The notes beneath the pieces were generated by a model. That model saw only the letters and a list, made by a program, of their open reading frames with translations, had not been told where the DNA came from and made no database searches. DNA of 62,087 bases, counting the filler. It is 4 parts of 4 records of this genome, joined end to end, with 100 filler letters (N's around TTAATTAATTAA, not from the genome) between each part and the next. Parts side by side here need not be neighbours in the genome. Positions count along the whole stretch, not along the records: positions 30,513 to 42,009 come from SRR31156797_4525; positions 42,110 to 54,794 come from SRR31156797_4529; 2 more parts are not named here. The stretch is one strand, 5' to 3'. The translations under genes were made by a program, and so were the position numbers. Shown here in pieces: positions 38,015-48,615 of the stretch (position 1 is its first letter; each line of letters starts with the position of its first letter).

Positions 38015-39679
38015 TTAATTGAGAACATCCATCCCGGCAGCCACAGGCACAACACCAACGTCATCAGCATATTGATCCCAAGCCGCTTTCAACCGCACAA
38101 GCAATTTCGGTTTTTCCTTCGACAAATCAGTTGTTTCTCCGGGATCTTCGACCACATTGAAAAGTCGCCACTGCTCCGGTCCATACGGCCCTGGAACATA
38201 TATGGCCTTGTAGTCCCCCTGACGCATCCACTTATTGGCCCCCATTTCTCCGCCTACATACTCATCGTTTGCGTACACATTTTCACGCGCCCCGGACAGC
38301 AACCCTGTAATGGAATGCCCACGCATGGATTCCACACGTCGGCCTCTGAACTCTTCTGGATGGGCCAGATCAGCCAATTCAAGGATGGTAGGCATGATGT
38401 CTGTGACATACGAAAACGCGTCAACCTGTCGTCCGCCTATCACTCCAGGGCCAGAAATTATCATCGGGCTGCGTATCCCGCCTTCTCCGACGGTCATCTT
38501 AAAAAAATCAAGTGGCCCGGAACAAGCCGATCCCCACCCCACACCATAGGCATAGTGGGATTTCGGGCTGCCAAGGCTATCGAGACTATTGTCAAATTTA
38601 GCGAGAAACTCCCGTCCGACCTCACCAGGACTATAATCCGCATTGGTCAGAGGGTTGGAACCATTATCGCTCATGAAAATAATGATAGTGTTGTCGTACT
38701 CATTAATATCCTTGAGGAATCGAATGATCCTACCGACATTATAATCCATATTATCAACCATGCCGGCATAGACCTCCATAGCTCTGGACTCGTAAATCTT
38801 CTGCTCTGGCGTCAGGGAATCCCAAGCTGCAGCCATCGGATGCAAAGAAGCTGGCTCAATGCGCGAAGACAAAATACCTGCCTGTCTCGCCCCCTGGGAA
38901 CGCCCCGACTTCAAAGCGGCATATCCTTCATCATATTGTCCCTTATACTTACTGCGCCATGGCTCAGGCACATGCAAAGGGTCATGAGGCGCAGTAAAAG
39001 CCAGATAAGCCAAAAATGGTTTGCCGTCGTCCCGGTTCTCACGAATGAAATCCATCAAATAATCGGTATAACTTCGCGTGGCATAAAAATCTCGCGGCAG
39101 ACTCTTCAACTCTTCTCCATCAAGAACATATTTAGCCACTTCCTGAACACGAGCCAACACCCCAGACATATCACTCCAATAGCTGGCCCCGCCATACAGC
39201 ATGCTTATGGACCGTTCAAATCCTCTATCAAAAGGATAATGTCCGGCATCGTGCCCAAGATGCCATTTGCCAGCCATATACGTATGATACCCCTCTTCGC
39301 GAAGTACTTCTGCCACTGTCACCACCCGATCATTCAAATGCCCTTCATACCCCGGAACTCCAGCCAGTTCTTCGGTCAATAATTCAGCCATGGTTCCCAG
39401 TCCGGCAATATGATTGTCAGTTCCGGTCAAAAGCATGGACCGCGTCGGAGAGCAACTCATGGAGACATGAAAATCCGTAAAGCTGACCCCCTCTTTAGCC
39501 AAAGTATCCAAATTCGGTGTCTGTATCTCGCTTCCGAAACGCCCAAGGTCGGTCCATCCCATATCATCAGCGACAATGAGCAGAAAATTCGGTTTTACAG
39601 CAGCTTCATCCGGCTGAGACTGACACCCCAAAAGGGGCAGGACGATTAAAATCATCAAGCAACAAGAAAACTTCCGCAT
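38015..39679 (-). CDS. Arylsulfatase (Cys-type), predicted lipoprotein
   Basis: LLGC lipobox, ADDMG, CSPTRSMLLTG, GKWHLG, APHDP, SDNG. Confidence 0.93.
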   Translation of the reverse strand: MRKFSCCLMILIVLPLLGCQSQPDEAAVKPNFLLIVADDMGWTDLGRFGSEIQTPNLDTLAKEGVSFTDFHVSMSCSPTRSMLLTGTDNHIAGLGTMAELLTEELAGVPGYEGHLNDRVVTVAEVLREEGYHTYMAGKWHLGHDAGHYPFDRGFERSISMLYGGASYWSDMSGVLARVQEVAKYVLDGEELKSLPRDFYATRSYTDYLMDFIRENRDDGKPFLAYLAFTAPHDPLHVPEPWRSKYKGQYDEGYAALKSGRSQGARQAGILSSRIEPASLHPMAAAWDSLTPEQKIYESRAMEVYAGMVDNMDYNVGRIIRFLKDINEYDNTIIIFMSDNGSNPLTNADYSPGEVGREFLAKFDNSLDSLGSPKSHYAYGVGWGSACSGPLDFFKMTVGEGGIRSPMIISGPGVIGGRQVDAFSYVTDIMPTILELADLAHPEEFRGRRVESMRGHSITGLLSGARENVYANDEYVGGEMGANKWMRQGDYKAIYVPGPYGPEQWRLFNVVEDPGETTDLSKEKPKLLVRLKAAWDQYADDVGVVPVAAGMDVLN

Positions 39680-39889
39680 ATTTCACCTCGACCAATTTAC
39701 AATGGAGCATTCCACAATGCTCAACATATCAACATGTCAACAATTATGGCAACTCTCTCATTCTCAGACACATCCATCCTCTTAAAACTTTACACGGCAT
39801 GCAGCTATATCAATACATCTTGATATAAACATTTTGTTTGACTCCCCCCCACAAATCTGTCAGATGTTCATCATAATTTGAGAGATACA

Positions 39890-40738
39890 ATGAAAATACT
39901 CACTGATCCTATAGAACTACAAAGCCAATGCATGGCATGGCGCAATCAGGGCCTGACCGTTGGCTTGGTGCCGACCATGGGCTATTTGCATAACGGGCAC
40001 ACGTCGCTCATAGACATGGCCCGCGCCCAGTGTGACAAACTCGTTGTCACTCTGTTCGTCAATCCGACCCAGTTCGGCGAGAACGAAGACCTTGGCAATT
40101 ACCCCCACGATTTTGACGGGGATTGCACCAAGGCCAAAATGCACGGCGCTGACCTGCTTTTCGCACCGGCCCCGGATGCCATGTACGCTCCGGATCATGC
40201 CACATGGGTCACCGTGCCGACGCTTGGCAAACATCTGTGCGGAGCGTCCCGCCCTATCCATTTTCGCGGTGTGTGCACGGTCGTGACCAAGTTGTTTAAC
40301 CTTGTCCAGCCAACCAAAGCGGTGTTTGGACAAAAGGACTGGCAACAACTCGCCATTCTCAAACGCATGGTCCGCGACCTGAATATGCCGGTAGAAATCA
40401 TCGGGCATCCTATTGTCCGCGAAGCCGATGGCTTGGCCCTCAGTTCACGCAATGCCTATATGACAGATGAAGAACGGGCAGCAGCCCCAGCCATCCGCCA
40501 AGGCCTGCTCAAGCTGGCCGATAAAGTTAAAAATGGTGAGCGCGATTCCGCTGCTGCCAAACAATGGCTTGAAAAAAAATATTCATCCACCCTGCCCATG
40601 GGCATTGTGGATTATATAGAATTGGTTACTCCGGATTCAATTGAACCGGTCTCGACTATTTCATCGTCGGTACTCGCTGCTGTGGCAATCCACGTCGGCA
40701 AAGCCCGGCTCTTAGACAACATTTTGATAGAGGTATAA
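39890..40738 (+). CDS. panC: Pantoate--beta-alanine ligase
   Basis: VPTMGYLHNGH, FVNPTQF, FGQKD, GLALSSRN, RLLDN. Confidence 0.96.
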   Translation: MKILTDPIELQSQCMAWRNQGLTVGLVPTMGYLHNGHTSLIDMARAQCDKLVVTLFVNPTQFGENEDLGNYPHDFDGDCTKAKMHGADLLFAPAPDAMYAPDHATWVTVPTLGKHLCGASRPIHFRGVCTVVTKLFNLVQPTKAVFGQKDWQQLAILKRMVRDLNMPVEIIGHPIVREADGLALSSRNAYMTDEERAAAPAIRQGLLKLADKVKNGERDSAAAKQWLEKKYSSTLPMGIVDYIELVTPDSIEPVSTISSSVLAAVAIHVGKARLLDNILIEV

Positions 40739-40742
40739 TCCA

Positions 40743-41120
40743 TTGGCTCAACGATGCTTTTTGAGCGCCAAGATTCACGGCGTCGCAATTACTTGCGCAA
40801 ATCTGGAATACAGAGGTAGCCTGTCCATCGATCCCATCCTGATGAAGACGGTCGGTATCCTTCCTTATGAACAGATCGACGTTTACAATCTGGACAACGG
40901 CGAAAGGCTGACCACGTATGCCATTCCCGGTGGCCCCGGTGAGATATGTCTCAACGGAGCAGCCGCCCACAAAGGGGAAGTTGGCCAACGTGTCATCATC
41001 GCCACCTATATGTGGTTGGATGAAAATGAAGCCAAGACCCGCAAACCGCGTGTTATCGTAGCTGATGAAAACAATGGCATCGACGAAATCCTTGAGTGCG
41101 ATCTCAACCCAGATTTCTAG
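40743..41120 (+). CDS. panD: Aspartate 1-decarboxylase
   Basis: AKIH, YRG/SLSID self-cleavage site, NGERLTTY, LNGAAA. Confidence 0.94.
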   Translation: MAQRCFLSAKIHGVAITCANLEYRGSLSIDPILMKTVGILPYEQIDVYNLDNGERLTTYAIPGGPGEICLNGAAAHKGEVGQRVIIATYMWLDENEAKTRKPRVIVADENNGIDEILECDLNPDF

Positions 41121-41157
41121 ACGCTTATTACAGCAGTATCCTTAAAGGAGGACTCTG

Positions 41158-42009
41158 ATGCAAATTGAAGGCAAGTACCTGTTCACTTCCGAATCCGTGA
41201 CCGAAGGCCATCCCGATAAAGTGGCTGACCAAATTTCCGACGCCATCCTTGACGCCATCATCGGCCAGGATGCCATGGCACGCGTAGCCTGTGAAACACT
41301 GGTCACGACCGGCATGGCCTTCATTGCTGGTGAGATTTCCACCACTGCTTACGCTGATTTCCCGGAAATCGTACGTAACACCATCAAGGATATCGGATAC
41401 AACTCTGCCGACAACATGGGCTTTGACTGGCAAACATGCGCAGTTATTTCTTCCGTGGACAAGCAGTCCCCGGATATCGCACAGGGTGTCGACCGCCAGA
41501 AGCCCGAAGAACAGGGTGCTGGCGACCAGGGCATGATGTTTGGTTATGCCACCAACGAGACCCCGACTCTGATGCCTACTCCCATCTACTACGCTCACCA
41601 GCTGTCCAAACGGCTGACCGATGTACGTAAACAGGGGATTATCGATTACCTGCGTCCTGACGGAAAAACTCAGGTCTGCGTCGAGTTCGACAACGGCAAA
41701 CCCGTACGTATCGACAACGTGGTCGTTTCTTCCCAGCACGCTGAAGGCATCGAACTGGCTGACCTTCAGGCTGCTATTCAGGAAGAAGTCATCATGAAAA
41801 CCCTGCCTGAAGAATTGATCGACGAAAATCTCAAAACATATATCAACCCCACCGGACGTTTTGTCATCGGTGGACCGGTTGGCGACTGCGGTTTGACTGG
41901 TCGTAAAATCATCAACGACACCTACGGTGGAGCTGGTGGTCACGGCGGCGGAGCATTCTCCGGCAAGGACCCGTCCAAGGTTGACCGTTCCGGCGCATAC
42001 ATGGCCCGT
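41158..42009 (+). CDS. metK: S-adenosylmethionine synthetase (3' end cut by contig edge)
   Basis: [28 protein letters not shown]. Confidence 0.97.
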
Positions 42010-42109
42010 NNNNNNNNNNNNNNNNNNNNNNNNNNNNNNNNNNNNNNNNNNNNTTAATTAATTAANNNNNNNNNNNNNNNNNNNNNNNNNNNNNNNNNNN
42101 NNNNNNNNN
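42010..42109. other. Artificial contig spacer
   Basis: N-run/TTAATTAATTAA/N-run. Confidence 0.98.
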
Positions 42110-42922
42110 GAAGTGAAGAAAGCGATCACCCTGATCAGGGAAGACGACAAATACGTCCTCCGCTTCCAGGAGATCGTCCCGCCTGTGGGAGCGGATTACC
42201 TGGCCAGCCATTCGGTCAAGTCCACCATACTGGCCCTGGCCATCGGCGACAAGATGAAGCTTCCCAACCATAAGCTTATTGAACTGGGGATCGCGACCCT
42301 CCTCCACGAGGTGGGCATGCTGCAAATCCCCAGCAAGATCTATCAGAAGGAAGGCGCCCTGACGGATGCGGAGAAGAAGGTCATCAACGCCCATACGGTT
42401 CTGGGATTCCGGGCCCTGAGAGAGTTTTCCCTTCCCAGGGATATACTTCTGGGCATACTGGAGCATCATGAGCGGAACGACGGTTCGGGCTATCCCCAGA
42501 ACCTGCAGGCCGGCAGGATCTCCCTCTTCGGCAAGATCATAGCTATAGCCTGCTCCTACGACGCCCAGATCTCGCAACGTCCCTTCCGGAACTCGCGGGA
42601 CGCCCATACCAGCCTGACGGGCATGCTGAGGGAGATGCGCTCCCACTACGACGAAGAGGTGATGAAGGCCCTCCTTTCCATCCTGTCTATCTATCCCCTG
42701 GGAAGCTATGTGGTCCTGAGCAACGGCTATACGGGAATCGTGACGGAGACCAACGATGCGGACTTCCGTTTCCCCACGGTCAAGATACTGATGGACAAAA
42801 ACAAGACGGCCCTTAACGATCAGCCTGTCGTCAAGACCGGGGAGGGCAGCGAACTGAAGATCGTTTCCGTTCTAAACCAGAAGGAAGTCGCGGCCCTGCA
42901 GGAAGAGCTCCGGAAGGAGTAA
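42110..42922 (+). CDS. HD-GYP domain protein (5' partial)
   Basis: LLHEVG, HHERNDGSGYP, YDA, IYPLGS. Confidence 0.88.
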   Translation, partial: EVKKAITLIREDDKYVLRFQEIVPPVGADYLASHSVKSTILALAIGDKMKLPNHKLIELGIATLLHEVGMLQIPSKIYQKEGALTDAEKKVINAHTVLGFRALREFSLPRDILLGILEHHERNDGSGYPQNLQAGRISLFGKIIAIACSYDAQISQRPFRNSRDAHTSLTGMLREMRSHYDEEVMKALLSILSIYPLGSYVVLSNGYTGIVTETNDADFRFPTVKILMDKNKTALNDQPVVKTGEGSELKIVSVLNQKEVAALQEELRKE

Positions 42923-43013
42923 GTTCTTGACAGGATCCGACCCGGCCTATTATTTTGTTTGAGTTCCGGATTTTTCCTCCGGCATCCATACCTTACAATC
43001 GAGAGAGAAAGCC

Positions 43014-44084
43014 TTGGTTCGCAACAAGAATCTGAGCAGACTGCTTAATAAATATATCCTATTGAATGAAAACGCCCCCGAGAGGGAAGAGATCTTTCTC
43101 AGCCTGAGAAGGAACCTCCCCTCCCCGGCTCTGGCGGCGGAAGGCGACTTCATCCCCGCCCATCATCCCTTGAGGAAAGAGGCCATTATACTGTCCGACG
43201 CCTTCGAGGCGGTGACCAACGGCATGTTCAGCGACGAACTGCTGGACAATCTGGAGGAGCTTGATCCGGCAAGCCTTCTCTACCCGTGGAAGGCCCTGAT
43301 CCTCTGCGTCCGCCATTTTTATGCGGGGAACTGGAGCGAAGCGGCCCGGCAGCTCGACGCGATCCCTGCCGATGCCGCACCCCGGCGCTTCACGGCCCTG
43401 ATGGCGGCGATCTTCCAGGGGACGGCCCCTCCCGAAGAGGCGGCCGAACTGCACAGGGCTATCCTCGAGGACAACAGGGACCTGAAGGACTCTCTGGAGC
43501 TGATACAGGAAGCGGCGGGCATGGAAGACCTTCTGATGGAAACGGCGGGCCTTTTGATCAGAGACCTGCTGCCCCTTCATCGCGAAAGCGCCGAAAAGCT
43601 GACCCTCTGGTGTCTGAACCGGATACAGGACTCGGATATACTCTCCGACAAGACGGTGCTCAAGGTTCGGAATCTCTTCGGAGAGAGGGAGGGCTACCGC
43701 ATCTGCGCTCTGGCCTCTTTCGCCTACGATCCCGACAGGAGCCTCGTCTTCTGGCTCCACTCCCTCCTCTCCTATATGGACGAAGGGCGAACGGACGAGC
43801 TGAGGGTCAAGGCCTATCTCAAGATCATCCTGGATACGGCAGAGCTTGTGGAAAAGGAGTATGAGCTGGCCGATGACTACCTTCACCTGCTGGACAGCCT
43901 GGCCGAGGCGCTCAGGGACAACCTTTTCCATATCTATCCCCGTATCAGCAGAAAGGGAGAGGGCGTAGAGGGGAGTCTGAACATTCTACGGGCCCTGGCG
44001 GGAGAAAGCCCCAGACAGCTGCAAAACCGAAAGACGAGACAGAAACCCATGCCGGCCGTGCAGCTTGAGCTCTTCAGTTTTTGA
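43014..44084 (+). CDS. Hypothetical alpha-helical protein
   Basis: 356-aa ORF with codon usage like its neighbours; TTGACA promoter-like element at 42927. Confidence 0.7.
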   Translation: MVRNKNLSRLLNKYILLNENAPEREEIFLSLRRNLPSPALAAEGDFIPAHHPLRKEAIILSDAFEAVTNGMFSDELLDNLEELDPASLLYPWKALILCVRHFYAGNWSEAARQLDAIPADAAPRRFTALMAAIFQGTAPPEEAAELHRAILEDNRDLKDSLELIQEAAGMEDLLMETAGLLIRDLLPLHRESAEKLTLWCLNRIQDSDILSDKTVLKVRNLFGEREGYRICALASFAYDPDRSLVFWLHSLLSYMDEGRTDELRVKAYLKIILDTAELVEKEYELADDYLHLLDSLAEALRDNLFHIYPRISRKGEGVEGSLNILRALAGESPRQLQNRKTRQKPMPAVQLELFSF

Positions 44085-44098
44085 ACCGAGGTGGACAT

Positions 44099-44428
44099 AT
44101 GAATACCCCCATGAATGCGATTGAGATATACGAAGCGGATACCGACCCTTTTAAAACCCTGGGACTCCCCTTCGGAGCGGAATGGAAGGAGATCGAGGCG
44201 GCCTGGGACGCCCTGGCCCCGGAAACCAGAAAGGACAGCGCCCATAGCAGGGCCTACGAGATGATAGGGAGTCCCGAATCCCGGGAAATCTACCTGCTCC
44301 TCAGTCCCGCAGCTCCCGAAGACCTGGACAAGCTCCCCCGGGAGATACCGAGGAAGCCACGCTATTCGGGGCCCGGAATCTGGTACCGCACCCTAGCCGG
44401 GTGGCTCGAAAACGAGGATACTGAATAA
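44099..44428 (+). CDS. Small J-domain-like protein lacking HPD
   Basis: DPFKTLGL..A...EIEAAW..LAPE...RAYEMI...R..Y; GAGGTG RBS. Confidence 0.55.
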   Translation: MNTPMNAIEIYEADTDPFKTLGLPFGAEWKEIEAAWDALAPETRKDSAHSRAYEMIGSPESREIYLLLSPAAPEDLDKLPREIPRKPRYSGPGIWYRTLAGWLENEDTE

Positions 44429-44506
44429 GAATCCCTTCCAGAACGCCTGGATGGTACAATGGATAGGCTCAGGGAGCCCTGTTTGAATAACAAAGAGGAG
44501 ACCGGG

Positions 44507-46036
44507 ATGAAGCGCTATGCGGAACTGAATGGAAAAGACAGGAAGCTTCTGGAAGAAAGGGGAGTGGACATTCCCCTCTCCCTCTCCATCCTGGAGGACT
44601 TCAACGCGGGGAGAGCGGGCACCGCAGCGCCCGTCACCCCCAAAGGCGTACCGGAAATCGACGGGGAATCCATAGTGGATATGCGGGCGGCAACTGCTTT
44701 CGCCTGCTCCGACGAAGAGTGGGAGGCGTTGGGGAAGCGCTACCCCGAGGCCGCCGCATGCCTGAATCCCGTGGACGGCAGGGTGACCCGACACGATCTA
44801 CAGCGAGCCGGACTGGCCCTTCTCCCCCGATTCGCCTACGGCTTCCTCAACGGAGGATCGGCCACATCCTACGGAGATGAGAAGAAGAACAGAGGGTTCA
44901 ACGATGAGCTTTACTCTCTGTATGAAGGCGAATTCAAAAAACTGGCCTCCCTCTCCCGTGGACGCCCCAAGGGCGTCACACCGGCCTTCCTGCAGCCCGA
45001 CGGCACAAAGGGCCCCTCGTATATGGAAATGAAGCTCCGCTCCCTTCTCGTATTGATGGACAGGTACCGACAGGAGTTCGGAACCCTCCCCAGCCGGGGG
45101 ATCCCCTTCTTTCAGATGACCAGCGTCTCCAACGATGCGGATGTGCAATCGGCACTGAAGGACTACGCAAACAGCCCCTGGCTCAAAGGTCTGGCCGACC
45201 GCCTGGGTTATCCCTCCTTCGAGGGCCTGACGGAGATCCAGCCTCTGATCACGGCCTTCAGCCACAGCGAGGAAGGTCCTGAAAAGCAGATTTTCCATGA
45301 TCCCGTAAGGGATTTTCCCTTCATTGCCCTCCCCGGCGGACACGGACAGTGCTTCAGGGTGCTCCGGAAGAGCTGGCAGGAGCTCTACGAAAGGGGCATC
45401 CGCTTCATCTCACTGGGCAATATCGACAACCTGGGCTACACACCCGATCCAGCGGAGCTGGCCCTCCTGGCCCTGAGAAACAGGCCCGCCGGCTTTGACG
45501 AATCCTATAAAACCGCCGTGGATATCAAGGGAGGTATCCTGGTGGAAACCGAAGGGGGCGGGCTGAACTGCGTCGACCTGGGCGTGGGCATAAGCCACAA
45601 AGACGCGGCGGCCCTGGAGGCCTCGGGCAAGAAGATCCTCTTCAACTGCGGAAGCGGGCTCTTCGACCTCTCCTGGCTCCTGGAAAACCTGGACCGCATC
45701 ATCAGGGATCTGCCCCTTCGCTTCAGCGATCAGAACAAGGATGCCGGACGCTACTCCCAGGCGGAGCAGGTCACATGGGAGGTGATAGGCATGATAGAAC
45801 GCCCCCTGATCTTCGCGGTGGACAAGTACAAGCGCTTTTTGGCGGCCAAAATCCTTCTGGAGAATATGATGACGTCGGGCCTGAAGCTGGACGAGTCCGG
45901 TTTTCCGGGAGACGGTTCGGAAGGGGACCTGAAGGATACGGCCCGGAGCCTGCATAAGGGGCTGGAGGAGCTCCTTCCCCGTATCTACGGGCTGGAAATG
46001 AGAGACGGGTTCTGGACCCCTGCCGAGAAGAACTGA
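44507..46036 (+). CDS. UTP--glucose-1-phosphate uridylyltransferase, UDPGP (eukaryote-like) family
   Basis: LNGGSATS, QMTS, PGGHG, GNIDNLG, KGG, FNC, RFLAAK. Confidence 0.8.
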   Translation: MKRYAELNGKDRKLLEERGVDIPLSLSILEDFNAGRAGTAAPVTPKGVPEIDGESIVDMRAATAFACSDEEWEALGKRYPEAAACLNPVDGRVTRHDLQRAGLALLPRFAYGFLNGGSATSYGDEKKNRGFNDELYSLYEGEFKKLASLSRGRPKGVTPAFLQPDGTKGPSYMEMKLRSLLVLMDRYRQEFGTLPSRGIPFFQMTSVSNDADVQSALKDYANSPWLKGLADRLGYPSFEGLTEIQPLITAFSHSEEGPEKQIFHDPVRDFPFIALPGGHGQCFRVLRKSWQELYERGIRFISLGNIDNLGYTPDPAELALLALRNRPAGFDESYKTAVDIKGGILVETEGGGLNCVDLGVGISHKDAAALEASGKKILFNCGSGLFDLSWLLENLDRIIRDLPLRFSDQNKDAGRYSQAEQVTWEVIGMIERPLIFAVDKYKRFLAAKILLENMMTSGLKLDESGFPGDGSEGDLKDTARSLHKGLEELLPRIYGLEMRDGFWTPAEKN

Positions 46037-46136
46037 ACTCTGACCGGATACTGACTCCGGCCTGGACTCCGCCTGCGGGGAATCAGCCGACAGCGACCGG
46101 TCAACGTATATAAACTAGAGATAAAAGGAATGGAAT

Positions 46137-46520
46137 ATGAGCGATTGCCCCTTGGACTTTGAAAAGACCGGCGGCCTGATCCCCGTTATCGTACAGGACG
46201 AGGAGAGCCGGGAGATCCTGATGCAGGCCTATATCAACAGGGAAGCCTGGGATGAGGCGATAGCCACGGGAAGAGGCGTCTACTTTTCCCGCAGCCGGGG
46301 GAAGCTCTGGCGGAAGGGTGAATCCTCCGGAAACGTGCAGATCCTGAAAGAGGTGCGGGTGGACTGCGACAACGACTCGGTTCTCTTTATCGTGGAGCAG
46401 ATCGGCGGCGCCGCCTGCCACACGGGCCACAAGAGCTGTTACTACCGCAGATGGGACGGGAAAGAGCTGAAGGAAACGGATCCGCCCCTCTTTGATCCCA
46501 ACGAGGTGTACGGCTCTTGA
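46137..46520 (+). CDS. hisI: Phosphoribosyl-AMP cyclohydrolase
   Basis: [26 protein letters not shown]. Confidence 0.95.
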   Translation: MSDCPLDFEKTGGLIPVIVQDEESREILMQAYINREAWDEAIATGRGVYFSRSRGKLWRKGESSGNVQILKEVRVDCDNDSVLFIVEQIGGAACHTGHKSCYYRRWDGKELKETDPPLFDPNEVYGS

Positions 46521-47011
46521 CCGACGGGTACAGGGAGATCCTGAACCGGGCGCGCAGGGAACGGAAGGAGTACAAGGCCTACTTCGCCAAGCTGAAGAAG
46601 CTGAAGCCCGGAAGGGTGGATCCCCTGATGCTGGAGCTCCACAACGAGGTCTTCGGCGAGATAGACTGCCTTCAGTGCAGCAACTGCTGCCGGGGGACGG
46701 GCCCCCTCCTGAAGGAGAGGGATATCAGCCGTCTTTCGAAGACCCTGAGCATGAAGCCGGGTGCCTTTGCAGAAACCTACCTCAGAATCGACGAGGACGG
46801 GGACTATGTGTTCCAGAGCATGCCCTGCCCTTTTATCCTGGAAGACAATATGTGCATGGTATACCCGGAGCGCCCCCGGGCCTGCAGGGACTATCCCCAT
46901 ACCGACAGCATCTCCTTTCGCAGGTACAGCTCCCAGATGCTGGAGAATACGTCCATCTGCCCCGCTGTGGCCCTTATCTTCCGCCGAATGCGAGAGCTAT
47001 TGCCCCTCTGA
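46517..47011 (+). CDS. YkgJ-family cysteine-cluster protein
   Basis: [12 protein letters not shown]...CMVY..RP.AC..YP. Confidence 0.88.
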   Translation: MTDGYREILNRARRERKEYKAYFAKLKKLKPGRVDPLMLELHNEVFGEIDCLQCSNCCRGTGPLLKERDISRLSKTLSMKPGAFAETYLRIDEDGDYVFQSMPCPFILEDNMCMVYPERPRACRDYPHTDSISFRRYSSQMLENTSICPAVALIFRRMRELLPL

Positions 47012-47123
47012 ATCGAACAGGGATTGCCATGGCGTCCGTAAGGTCCCGAAACCGGAGTGTCGTTCTGTAGATAAGGATTTCAGATTCCCACGATACCGAC
47101 GGCCATGGCTGGCGATGCCTTTT

Positions 47124-48593
47124 TTAGAAGCCGGTTTTAATGTACGGATTGATCTTATCGAAATTACCGTAGGGGCTCTCATAGGCCCCTTTCAGGCGAT
47201 AAACCCTCATCTCGTAATGGAGATGGGGACCTGTGGAGATTCCCGTGTTCCCGATCCGCCCTATGGCCTCGCCCCTGTCCAGCGCCGATCCCTCGGGAAG
47301 CTGGGTCTCTTCGTGGAGGTGAGAGTAGTAGGTAGACCAGGACACGGCGTCGGGATAGAGCTTCCTCACATCCGGGGTCAACTCATGAAGCACCTCTGTG
47401 TACCAGCCGTATACCCCGTTATAGCCGTTCTCAAGGATGGACCCCTTCCATACCGACTGAACGATGCCACGCCGGCTCTCGTCCCTGAGTATATGGTTGT
47501 CCTCGCTGATGCGGGAGATGTTGTCCAGATTGATGATGTCCACAGCCAGGTGGGGCCTGACCCCTCCCGCTCCCAGGGGAGACAGGCGCCTTTCCGTATA
47601 GCCGCTGGAGATCATAAAATTGCCCTTGTCTCCCGTGTCGTCGGGGATGCGGACAGGCAGGGCCAGCCCGCGGAAAGCGGGCTCGTAATGGTTCAGGCTG
47701 TAACGGTTGTCCTTGTCTGTGGCCATAAGGGTTTCGGCCTGGTCGTTACTCTCGGGCAGCCTTGATATCTGATAGACCATCTCCCCGTAGCTGTTCGCCT
47801 CTTCGATCCGGTCCGCCAGATAGAGATAGGCCCTCTTCCGGGAGTTCTCCCGCCATGAGAAGTCGCTGGCCAGGGAGCGTATGTTCATGGCCGTCTGCTG
47901 GCGGTTGAACTCGAAAGCGTCTTTCTCCCTGTCCACATTCCGTTTGAGTTCGGCGACCTGGGCGCTGAGCTCATCCAGCTCTCCCCCCAGAACGGCGATG
48001 ACGGCGTTCTCCTGCTCCGTGCTTTTCCGGATGGATTCGCTCAGGGTCTCCACGGTTTTCAGCATCCTGCCGTACTGCAGGGACGATACGGAGACGGTAA
48101 AGATCAGGCCGGCGAGCACCAGTCCGGCCGCCGCCAGGGTGAAGGCCCGGAAGGATTGACGCTCCATGACCTGCGATACGGCCCCTCTGTCCGTGCGGCT
48201 TCCGCTGCCGACGGGCATCTCAAAGGGACCCGATTCCTTTCGGGCGCTCCCGTCTATCCGTTCGCTGAGATTGCTCAGCTCGATCCCCACGACCTCTTCG
48301 GTCAGCCCCAGCCCGTCCTTCTCGGAAAGCACAAGCTCCCAACCCTCCGCATCGGAGCGCTCGAAGATCCAGTGCCTGTGGACAAGGGCCTTTCCCTTCT
48401 CGGGAACGATCTGCTCATCCAGAATGAGAATGTCCTCCCTGAGGAAGGTCAATGAGAAACTGTAGCTGCAAGCCTCCCCGTTGATAAGGGTCTGCCCGTC
48501 TTTTCGCAAAAGGATGTGCCGCTCTTCGCCCAGCGCCGTCAGCAGCTGCTGACAGATGCGCAGGATAAGCTCTTTGTATTTTGAAATATCCAT
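47124..48593 (-). CDS. Membrane-anchored M23-family peptidase with coiled coil
   Basis: TM helix, HLAVD, YSHL, GNTGISTGPHLHYE; start moved to ATG 48593. Confidence 0.85.
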   Translation of the reverse strand: MDISKYKELILRICQQLLTALGEERHILLRKDGQTLINGEACSYSFSLTFLREDILILDEQIVPEKGKALVHRHWIFERSDAEGWELVLSEKDGLGLTEEVVGIELSNLSERIDGSARKESGPFEMPVGSGSRTDRGAVSQVMERQSFRAFTLAAAGLVLAGLIFTVSVSSLQYGRMLKTVETLSESIRKSTEQENAVIAVLGGELDELSAQVAELKRNVDREKDAFEFNRQQTAMNIRSLASDFSWRENSRKRAYLYLADRIEEANSYGEMVYQISRLPESNDQAETLMATDKDNRYSLNHYEPAFRGLALPVRIPDDTGDKGNFMISSGYTERRLSPLGAGGVRPHLAVDIINLDNISRISEDNHILRDESRRGIVQSVWKGSILENGYNGVYGWYTEVLHELTPDVRKLYPDAVSWSTYYSHLHEETQLPEGSALDRGEAIGRIGNTGISTGPHLHYEMRVYRLKGAYESPYGNFDKINPYIKTGF

Positions 48594-48615
48594 GCCTCTC
48601 TTCTCCGGGAAGAGA

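Noticed and set aside
35826-39382. Long antisense ORFs (35826-37220, 37221-37979, 38072-39382)
   Set aside because: Shadow frames of well-supported minus-strand genes, with no recognisable motifs.
47035-47060. Twister-ribozyme-like GGTCCCGAAACCGGA
   Set aside because: Lacks the conserved AAGC and the required pairing partners.
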